DNA of 64,000 nt from Eledone cirrhosa (Eukaryota), in contig OZ024741.1 in NCBI GenBank assembly GCA_964016885.1, positions 295,244,001-295,308,000 on the forward strand, read 5' to 3'. The translations under genes and the position numbers were made by a program. Positions 54,541 through 64,000 of the stretch are shown here, piece after piece. The number at the start of each line of letters is the position of its first letter. Position 1 is the stretch's first letter. A model generated the notes under the pieces. That model saw nothing but the letters and a program-made list of their open reading frames with translations, was not told the origin of the DNA and did no database searches.

Positions 54541-54720
54541 TTATCATCATCATCATTTAACGCCTATCTTCCATGCTAGCATGGGTTAGATGGGAATTGT
54601 CCCACTTGAGGCAAGATTGATCGGGTGACCATATCTCACTCGTATAGGGCTGTATCTGCAGGTTTTTACAGCTGGATGCTCTTCCTAACACCAACCACAT
54701 TTACAGTGTGGACTGGGAGC
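54541..54720 (-). mobile_element. RTE-type 3' tail
   Basis: Reverse complement of the 100-290 element. Confidence 0.8.
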
Positions 54721-54749
54721 CTTTTTACATGTCTCCTACTTTATTTATA

Positions 54750-54968
54750 ATAATGATTTCTACTTTTGGTACAAGGCCAGCAATTTGAAGGGAAAGGGAA
54801 AGTCAATTAAATTGATTCCAGTGTGTTACTAGTACATTATTTTATTGACCCTGTGAGGATGAAAAGCAAAGCTAACCTCAGTGGGATTTGAACTCAGAAC
54901 AAGGAAGACTGTAAATATATGCCACAAAGCATGTTGTCCAATGCTCTAACGATTCTACCAATCCAATA
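54750..54968 (-). mobile_element. Major SINE, longer subfamily
   Basis: Consensus match. Confidence 0.85.
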
Positions 54969-55867
54969 CTTTTATATAATGGATATAATCAGTTTCATTA
55001 ATTCACTTTAATGATCTTTTTTTTTTATCAGCTTCATTTATATATTTAGATATTTACATTCAAATTACATTCACACTTATATCATTTGGATCTATACATC
55101 TCTCTCTCTCTCTCGCTCTCTTGCTCTCACTATATATATATATACAGAAAAAGAGATAGAAAGTATTAAATAGATCGAAGGTCATATGTAGTTGTATTCA
55201 AGTTTATTTTCATCTCCATGATACATGTTTCGATGAAATTAATGGTTAGGTAGATTTCTTACTACCCATTCCACTAGCCGGAGCTCATCATAGGGTATTA
55301 AAATATTTAAACATTTTCACACAACTTAAAAAAACTTAAAGCTTTAAAACTGTTGATGTTGTTTCTATGCTAGCCAGCCCCTGTGTCATGTTTGTCTGTC
55401 ACACACTGAAAGAGACATGACTGAGAAAGACAGGCAGGTGGGGGGACAAATTATAGAAGACCAGTGTTCTAAGATTTGCTACACTTGTGTGAGTATGTGT
55501 GTTTGTGTGAATATATTTATACTTGAGTGAGTGTATGTGTGTTTTTGTGTTTATATTTATATACTCATACATATAAATGTAAACATATGCAGACCAAGAT
55601 ATTATCTTAGTGATCTATGTTAGTTGCGAATAGTTTTTTCACAAAAATATTTGTAATAAAAGAATTATTAAATTTAAAAATTGGTTTTGTACCCTTTATA
55701 TAAAATACTACAATTTATATAAAATACTACAATTTATATAAAATACAACAATTAGCCATAATCTTTTCCATCACGAGGCCAACTAATATCATAATAATCA
55801 AAGATACAAAGCTACATATTTGATTGAATTAACATATTTTTTATTGCTACCTATTATTTTATTAATA

Positions 55868-56060
55868 GGGCGGTCGATTGGCAGTATCGGTAGGGGGTCG
55901 GACGCCATGCTTTGACGTATAGAGTTACGAGCCTTGCCATTCTGAGTTCAAATCCCGCCGAGGTTAACTTTGCCTTTCATACTTATGGGGTCGATAAAAT
56001 AAAGTACCAGTAATGCACTGGGTAATTGCTGGCCGTGTGCCAAAAGTAGAAACAATTATT
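55868..56060 (+). mobile_element. Full-length major SINE with TSD
   Basis: Consensus match; flanking attattttattaat / attatttcattaat (13 of 14 match). Confidence 0.92.
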
Positions 56061-56158
56061 TCATTAATCACAGATGGATGAAAGACATTTCAAGCCTAGA
56101 ATAATAATTTATATTATAATAAGAGCACTGTCTGTCTGCCTGTCCACCACACTCACTT

Positions 56159-56507
56159 TATATAGTGAGGGGGAGTGCCAAGTGAGAAATATGTACATAG
56201 ATAAAGAGAGAAAAGGGAACAATGTGTGTTTTCGAGGTAACAGTAGATAGACAGAGAGTTATGACTTCGACCTCATCTATATAGAGTGAGGGTGAGCGCC
56301 AAGTGTGAGATATGTACATAGATAGAGAGAGAAAAGGGAATGCCATGTGTTTTTGAGTACAGTTATGATGTCACCCTCATCTATATAAAGCGAGGGGGAG
56401 CACCAAGTGAGAGATATGTGCATAGAGAGAGAAAAGAGAATGCTATGTGTTTTCAAGGTGACAGAAAGAGATAGATACACAGAAAGTTACGATATGGCCC
56501 TCATCTA
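56159..56507. repeat. Three tandem units of about 105-125 bp
   Basis: 'tatatag(a)gtgaggg(g/t)gag(t/c)gccaagtg...gagagaaaagggaa...ctcatcta' repeated three times. Confidence 0.85.
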
Positions 56508-56654
56508 GTAATAATAATAATTGTTTCTACTTTTGGCACAAGGCCAGCAATTACCCAGTACATTACTGGTACTTTATTTTATCGACCCCGTAAGGATGAA
56601 AGGCAAAGTTAACCTCGACAATAATAATAATAATAATAAAAATAATAATAATAC

Positions 56655-57137
56655 TGGTATGAACATCAACCAAAAACAGTCATGGAAAAGGATAACATAT
56701 CCATCTTGTGGAATATTCCTGTGATAACCAACTGAGAAATCGCTGCTAACAGACCAGATATCAGCATAAAAAACAAAAAAGATCAGAGATCTAGCCTTAT
56801 AGATATTTCCGTACCAGATGACAAGAATACATTTATAAAAACAATGGAAAAACTGTCAAAATACAAAGACCTGGAAATAGAGATCAACTGCACATGGAGG
56901 ATGACAACAAACATTATCCCTGTGGAAATAAGAGCATTAAGATTAATACCCAAATACTAAGACCTGCACCTTAGCATCCTTCCCTTCAAGATCAGCAAGA
57001 TTGGGCTACTAGGAACACCACACATTCTCAGACGAGTTCTCTCTCTACAATGAAAACAGCTATTGCCCTAAGTTCAAGGCCTGAACCCGGCAATATAGAA
57101 ACAGAACTGAGCTAAACTAAATAATAATAATGATAAT
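56655..57137 (+). mobile_element. R4/Dong-clade retrotransposon 3' fragment
   Basis: Encodes WYEHQPKTVMEKDNISILWNIPVITN*EIAANRPDISIKNKKDQRSSLIDISVPDDKNTFIKTMEKLSKYKDLEIEINCTW, with the RPD...D and K..KY restriction-like endonuclease motifs. (TAA)n lies on both sides. Confidence 0.88.
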
Positions 57138-57139
57138 GA

Positions 57140-57374
57140 TTGCTGACTGAAGAAGTGCCATAAAATCTCAGTGGTAAGAAGTTGCAGTAGAGGTAGACCA
57201 AGGAAGATCTGGGCAGAGGTGATGAGAGCTGATCTCAAATCACTGAGATTCGCTGGGGAGATAACAAAGGAATGTGGTGAGTGGAGAGCTGTTGTACTGA
57301 AAAGGACCCATCCAACCCATGAAAGTGTAGAAAAACGGATGTAAAAATGATGATGGTGATGATGATCATGATGA
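57140..57374 (+). mobile_element. RTE LINE 3' fragment
   Basis: Encodes SCSRGRPRKIWAEVMRADLKSLR; (GAT)n tail. Confidence 0.8.
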
Positions 57375-58059
57375 TATATATATATATAAAATGGATGTAA
57401 AAAAATGACTTTGATGATGATATACACATATATATATATATATATATATACATACATACATATGTTTATACAAGCACACACAAACATGCATGTGTATGTG
57501 TGTGATTTTTTTCTTTTCTTCACATTTAACACTGCAGGTCATTGACTACATAACTGACAGAGAAAAAAACTAAGAATATTATATATAACACCCCAAGCAC
57601 TGTAATAAACATTGGAAAAATTTACCAATTACAAAAATAATTTCTTTAGTGTAACTATGTAAATTAGTACAGTATTTTGAAAGAAAAAAAGCAAATTTTC
57701 ACCCGAATAAAAAATATTTGCATAAAATTTTATTTTAAATTCTGTATTTGGTTATTTATATATTTGTTGATTTATTTATTGTTTATTTATTTATTTATTG
57801 GTGTGCATTTTCACGAAGCTCAACTTGAGCTATTTTCTGGATTATATTCAATGTAATAATTTTCAGTGGATCAACTTTCCTGGATCAGCTGAATTTTGTC
57901 AGTTTCTTTATTTAGCAATTTATCCAAAATATAGTAAATTCATTGTGATTGTATTTACATGTATGTGAGGTATTAATAAATCCAGGTATGGCAGAATATG
58001 CCTGCTAGCTTTGAATAATATTGATCGAAATATAAACAGATAATCTTTGAAAATATAAT

Positions 58060-58243
58060 TGTTTCTACTTTAGGCACAAGGCCAGCAATTACCCAGTGCA
58101 TTACTGGTACTTTATTTTATCGACCCCGTAAGGATGAAAGGCAAAGTCAACCTCGGCGGGATTTGAACTCAGATCGTAAAGGGACGTAACTGTGCTGCAA
58201 AGCATGGCGTCCGACCCTCTACCGATACTGCCAATCCACCGCC
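58060..58243 (-). mobile_element. Young full-length major SINE with perfect 18-bp TSD
   Basis: aatctttgaaaatataat occurs at 58042-58059 and 58244-58261. Confidence 0.95.
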
Positions 58244-58732
58244 AATCTTTGAAAATATAATATTTTGAATTATAGTTGTATAAAGGAAACTGTATGTTTT
58301 AAACATGTTGTTAAATGTATGAATATATTATACTGAGGTGTTCATCAGTAGATTTATTTCTATTTTTACTACATGACTATGATGTTTCAGCAAAGTATGT
58401 GTTCCTCTGTGATGAGAACACTCACATTTTGCTGGAACATTGTGACCATGCTGTAAGTATATAAATAAATTAGTTATAAATTGTATACAATATTTGTACC
58501 TAGTTTAGAATAGATATACTGTAACACTGCATGTCAATCGACATGACTAAAAGGGTTAGTTCCCAGAGTGGTTGCCTCAAAAGGTATATCATGTCATGGG
58601 ACACAAGGTTAAATAACACCGATTTTTATGGGACTAAATGTCCTTAAAATACTTGTAGTTATAAATTGTTTATTTTTTATAACTTTGTGCCTTCTTTTTA
58701 ATTTTAAGACATTTCTTTTCTTTGTTTTACAG

Positions 58733-58857
58733 ATCATGATATCGATGATCTGGAAATGCAAATGGTGCGGTACAAGCCCGAAGGGCTGGATGTACTGTGC
58801 CGAAACACAAAATTTTCCAGGAAAGAACTACAGATAATGTACAGGGGATTCAAGCAG
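58733..58857 (+). CDS. KCNIP: Internal coding exon of Kv channel-interacting protein (KChIP/calsenilin-like neuronal calcium sensor)
   Basis: Polypyrimidine tract plus ttacAG acceptor and CAG|GTAATA donor. The 125 nt encode (x)HDIDDLEMQMVRYKPEGLDVLCRNTKFSRKELQIMYRGFKQ, matching the KChIP core start (ELEM..VRH.PEGL..L...TKF..KELQILYRGFK). The next exon (ECPSG...) is not in the window. Confidence 0.93.
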
Positions 58858-58881
58858 GTAATATCTCTTCTTCATTATGTG

Positions 58882-58945
<64 letters not shown>

Positions 58946-61631
58946 GCTTGCTCATGTTACTGTTGGTTTACTATTGTTGAACATTTTTTTCTTTCATCTT
59001 CATTATAAACTATGTATACTAGTACACTTGTACAACTACTATTATCATATCTGTACAGAAATAAAGGTTTTTATATATATTATCAAGCATAGTTAGTTTA
59101 ATGTCTGTGTGTGTGTAATTGTAGTTTTTAATAGTTTAAGAAACTATGAAAGAAACTAGTTTAAAAAATAATTCTGAAATCTGTTTTTAATATATTTACC
59201 CATTGATTTGATTTTTCAAAAATTGTTTTGTCAATGTTTGCTCATAGTTAAAACAACACTAAATAAAAGATAATAATCTGATTGATATAGAAAATATATC
59301 TCATAGAATATATTAGAATAGAATATTGGAGTCTAGAGTCATTGAATAGTGCTTTATTATAATTCTTTTGATCAAGAAATATTGAATATTTTATTCACTA
59401 TGACTAGTTAAAGGATTATAAAACATAACCTACTTCTGATCTTTTGACACAGCAGTCATTTAATCCAGTAATGAAGTAAAACAATCAGAAGATCAGAGTT
59501 CATTTTTTATCTCTGAAAATATACCACATCTTTCCTGTTAGCTGACAATATGGAATCAAAGTTTTTTTCTTAATTGAGATTTTTTAAAATACTACAATGG
59601 TACAAAAGCTAAACTGTCATTGAACTGAATACATAATCTTGTTTCACATCTTTATTGAAGTCATTTCACTTCAATTACACTAAGACAGCCATCAATAGCT
59701 ACAAACATTAAAAGTGAGCCATGACATAAAGTAGTTTTTGATCCCTGAATTTGGGAAAGTTCTAGAGGTCAAAATATTTCATCTACCGACTGTATATATA
59801 AGGCCTATAAGAATATGCTCTACTTTCTTATCAGCACAAGGGCACAGATATTGCCAAGAGGTTAAGATATTTGCTTCACAATCACAAGGTTCTGTGTTTG
59901 ATCCCATTGCATAACATATTGGGTGGATGTCTATTTCATGATTGAAATTAGGTTGACAGGGACTGTGTGAAAGATTATCATATGGAATGTACCTGTAAAG
60001 CATAGGTTCATCTTCATCACATTGTGTCACACTGTTTCTGTCAGAGAAATTATGTTACAGGTACATGAATCTGGAATATACAGCCACATACACATTCATT
60101 TATAGAGTAGAATGTTGATTTGATCAAACAACTGAATGTTGGAGCATCAATAATATATCACTAAGTCTATAGATGATCTGTTAAAAGGGTGGACACTATG
60201 TGTTAAATAGCCCACAATTGGCCAAGCATAGTGAATATGGCTACACTTTTGACACAAGGTCAACCAAAAAGAGTGAGAAGGCCCTGGATTGGATATATGT
60301 GTGTGTGTATGTGTGTGTACATATCCCAACTATGAGTTAAATAGTCTCACCAACCAGCAATTGGCCAAGCATGGTGTGTACAGCTACACCACTGACATGA
60401 CCAAAACTAAACAGAAAGAGGTGAAGGTCAACCAAGGTAAGGTTCCTCCAAAGGAGTGAGAAACCCTTGGATTGAATTGGTAAAGATAAGTGGTTAATAG
60501 CTGGAGAATTATTATTTCTGAAAGTTTTTACTATTTTATATCTTTTCCAATATTACACTAAAATATATTTTTCTCATTTCTAGAAGTTCCTAGTGATGAA
60601 ATATTGTTCTCATTATTATATCATGAAGAAAGTAAAAGTTATGAAACATCGTTTTATTGTGATCTCATTTAGAATAAACTGAATATACTTGAGAAACACT
60701 TGCAGGTTCCAGTTTGTATTAGCATTAAGATCTTTGCTGTCTTTCAGTCTTCCAGACTGCCATTTTCCTCCACAAAATCAGAATAAGGGAATCATACTTC
60801 AGAAAGAAACTCTGTGAGTCAGAATGGTTATTGCAATGTTTATCTTTGGTTGTTCTTCATGGCAACATGTTTGCCACCTTGTCTTTTGGGTGTAGCTAAG
60901 ATATGCTCTCCATCTGAGGATATAAAGTATGAGTGAAGGCACATGGCCTAGTAATTAGGGTGTTGGATTCATGACCAGATTCCTGGACTAGGCAGTGTTT
61001 GGTGTTCTTGTGTAAGATGTTTCATTTCACAATGCTTTCATTATAAGACTAGATCCTCTGTCATTAAAATACTCAAGAAAATCTCATACAAGATGCAGCT
61101 CAAACTGCATAGCTGGGAGCTGTAAATTTCATTTTTATTTGTTTCAGAGAATTGTTTCACCTTCTTCTTTTTCCTCTGTTGTTATTTGTTTATCCCACTT
61201 TTCATTGTGCTTATGGATTCTAAATAAATTTGTTGGATATAGAATATCCCAGTAGCTGTTGCAATTTTGGTTTTTTTAAATATTTGAAATCTTACAAGAT
61301 AAATGTATAGTTTAGGCATTAATTTAGAAAGTTCTTCATAACTAGGTCTACATATTATTGTTACATACCCACATAGAATGAACAAAAAAATAAAACTAAC
61401 AATTTATGCATATTACACTGTTACTAAACTAATAACTTGCATTGAGATTTTAAATGGCTCATCTATTTTAAATTTGGATAGCTAATTATATGTAGTAATT
61501 ACATACATCATTTATTTTTAATAAGATGATAATAGAAGTATTTACTGGAGAAAAATGTTATCTATTTTGCTTATTTCAGGATATTTTTTATTATAGAATG
61601 ATAAGTATGTATATAGTGTATATGTATGTAT

Positions 61632-61965
61632 GGAACCATAATGCCTGAGGGAGTCATAGGGGCAGCATATTCACATATGGTGTTTCTAGGGCATTTTTAA
61701 ACCATGGTGGAGCCCATCTTTTCTCCAGGTTTGAATACAGCAGATTTCTTCCTGAGAAATATAGAGTGAGTTAGAGAATGGAAGTGAGAAAGAAAAATAG
61801 AGGAACAATCGACCCCAGTACTTGACTGGTACTTTGTTTATCAACCTTGATTGGATGAAAGGCAACGTTGATCTCAGTGGAATTTGAACTCAGAAAGCAA
61901 AGAATCTGAACAAATGTTGCAAAGAATTCCATCTGTCGTTCTAATGACTCTACCAACTCACCACC
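61632..61965 (-). mobile_element. Long-tailed SINE copy
   Basis: Homologous to 45078-45404. Confidence 0.8.
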
Positions 61966-62382
61966 TGATAAGTATGTATATAGTATGTATATAACTTTGG
62001 ATACTTCAACAAATTTATTTGTGTATAGAAGGGATGGCTTTAGGAATATGTAATGAGACTGAATTTTAATTTGTATAGTTCAATACTTACTGGTGATTCT
62101 GTTCATTTTATTCCATCTCAACATATCCCCAGTTTTGTTGCATCACCAGTCTGAAGAGCAGATCAAAAATGGAGTCAGGTCCATAACCTCTATGGGTGAC
62201 CCTGAGCCAATCCTCTGCACAACGTACATAACAAGTCGATACACAATAAAAATCTAAATACATGTAACAAAACTTCATCCTTCTTTTTAATATATATATA
62301 TATAGCCAGGTGGTGCTTTTAAGTTAGATATGGCCTGGGCCAATACTGGACGAAACCTATCAAAGTTATATATATATATATA

Positions 62383-62486
62383 GTTTTATTCGGGAGAAAT
62401 CATCAGGAAGCACTATATATATATATATATATATAGTGCTTCCTGATGATTTCTCCCGAATAAAACAGTTTTAGTCCTGTAGAAGC
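62383..62486 (+). ncRNA. Perfect fold-back around (TA)n containing a hammerhead-like motif
   Basis: 62383-62466 has perfectly complementary arms. The motif reads gcttc-CTGATGA-tttctcccgaat-AAAA-cag-ttttagtc-ctg-TA-gaagc (62438-62486), with GAAA mutated to AAAA. Confidence 0.6.
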
Positions 62487-63304
62487 CATTCTATATTAAA
62501 TATTTATATTCTGCTTTGTATTGAATACCTTATTTATTATGGTTACCCCCGATAAGGCTTGATCTTGTGAGATAAAAACTTTTTATCTCACATGATCAAG
62601 CATTAACTGCCTCATTTCTTCACCGAATATTTTTGTATCTTTGTCAATGACCCCCTTTAATGTCTTGAGTGGTCTTCCGCATTTGCATTTCACATTGTAC
62701 AAAGCCAAATATTTATACTTTAAATTTATACTATTTTTTATTATTTATATATGATTATATGACGTGTGTGTAATACTATAAGTAAACTCCATATACAAAA
62801 CTACAGATGAATAGATACAATAACTGCTGAAATCTTAATTATGTTACAATAGAATGCATCATTAGTAGTAGTTGAAATTGCCAAACTGATATAAATGAAT
62901 TTCAGGCACAATTAAAGTTACATTAAATTCAATGATACTGAAGTTGGGAAAGGTGTTGGTGGGATAAGATTTTATCAGCAATCTCCCTCAGAAACTAAAA
63001 AGGTGGTAGTGGGGTGGGTGGGGGTCATCTCCATGCCTTCCCATTTCCTACATTGATCCTAAATTCTTATGTACAAAAAGAAAGGGTTGTGAGGATCCTC
63101 AGTTGTGTCAAAGACATAACAACCTCTCCTGCACACTTGGTAGGATGTGTGACCATACATAAATGAGTTGCAGATCCCTCTGGGAGATCAGTAACCCTAC
63201 GTCAGTACTGATTTTGTCTATGTAGACCCATCCAACCCTTGCTAGCAGGGAGAGAGGACATTAAAACAATAATGATGATGATAAATACATATATATATAT
63301 ATAT

Positions 63305-63590
63305 ATACAAAAGTACAGCTTATTCGAAGTTCGAGTAGCTGCTAAGCCAACGAATGTCTTCAGCAGTGCAGCCAAGCACTCGACAATGTATAGACCTCAG
63401 AGTAATAAGATACAGTTTAAAGGGCTTTGCAAATTGAAAATAGCGACCGCTAATTCAGCTGCGTGATCTGTAGCAATGAAAGAACTGACTAGTGAGAAAA
63501 AAATACACACACATACATACACACACACACATATATATATACACACACATATATATATATATACATACATATATGCACACATCTGTATAT
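63305..63590 (-). repeat. Inverted copy of the 1035-1310 dispersed repeat
   Basis: Direct reverse-complement similarity, including the internal microsatellite. Confidence 0.85.
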
Positions 63591-64000
63591 TATATATATA
63601 TATATGACTGTACTTAAGCAAGACAATAGATCCTTGGCTTGTCTGGTAGTTCAGTAGCCCAGCTTCAGTACTGACTTGGTCTATGTAGACCCACCCACAG
63701 ACATTAAAACAATGATGATGAACTTTGTTCAACTAATTAAAGATTGTTTAGATATTCATAAATATCAAGGACAACAGAATTTTTTGTTCTGGATTAAATC
63801 TTAGGTAGGATTGACAGAAAAAGTATTAAATCAGAGAAAGACAGTCAGCCTGTGTGTGTGTGCATGTGTGTGTGGGGGGCGCAAGTGTGTGGTGTATGCG
63901 TAGGAGACATTTATGTATTAAAATGTTCAAATTATATGAATTTGTTGGAACTATTTTCAAGGGAATATATAGATAATACTAATGACGGTGTAGTAAATGT

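Noticed and set aside
58373-58458. ATG-open stretch ending at GTAAGT close to the KChIP exon
   Set aside because: The donor falls in phase 2, incompatible with the phase-1 acceptor at 58733.
58858-58980. Continuation of ORF 58756-58980 past the donor
   Set aside because: KChIP similarity ends at the CAG|GT donor; the remainder is intron with (TA)n.

Overview
This is AT-rich, microsatellite-saturated eukaryotic DNA. The repeat content suggests a coleoid cephalopod such as Octopus (inference). Nearly all ORFs in the supplied track are microsatellite or retrotransposon artefacts. The only well-supported host coding sequence is one 125-nt internal exon (58733-58857, +) of a Kv-channel-interacting protein (KChIP/KCNIP, neuronal calcium sensor family), so most of the window is probably its 5' introns or upstream region. 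I found up to three phase-compatible candidate alternative N-terminal exons for this gene. The rest is many tRNA-derived SINE copies, 3' fragments of RTE, R4/Dong and Tx1-like LINEs, Tc1/mariner, hAT and piggyBac-like MITEs, a possible solo LTR and tandem repeats. The most notable unannotated signal is about a dozen type-I hammerhead-ribozyme-like motifs of the Penelope/retrozyme kind. They include a 1.1-kb cluster of three consecutive fold-back palindromes (5560-6618), each carrying a hammerhead on both strands. All structures were folded by eye, and repeat boundaries are approximate.
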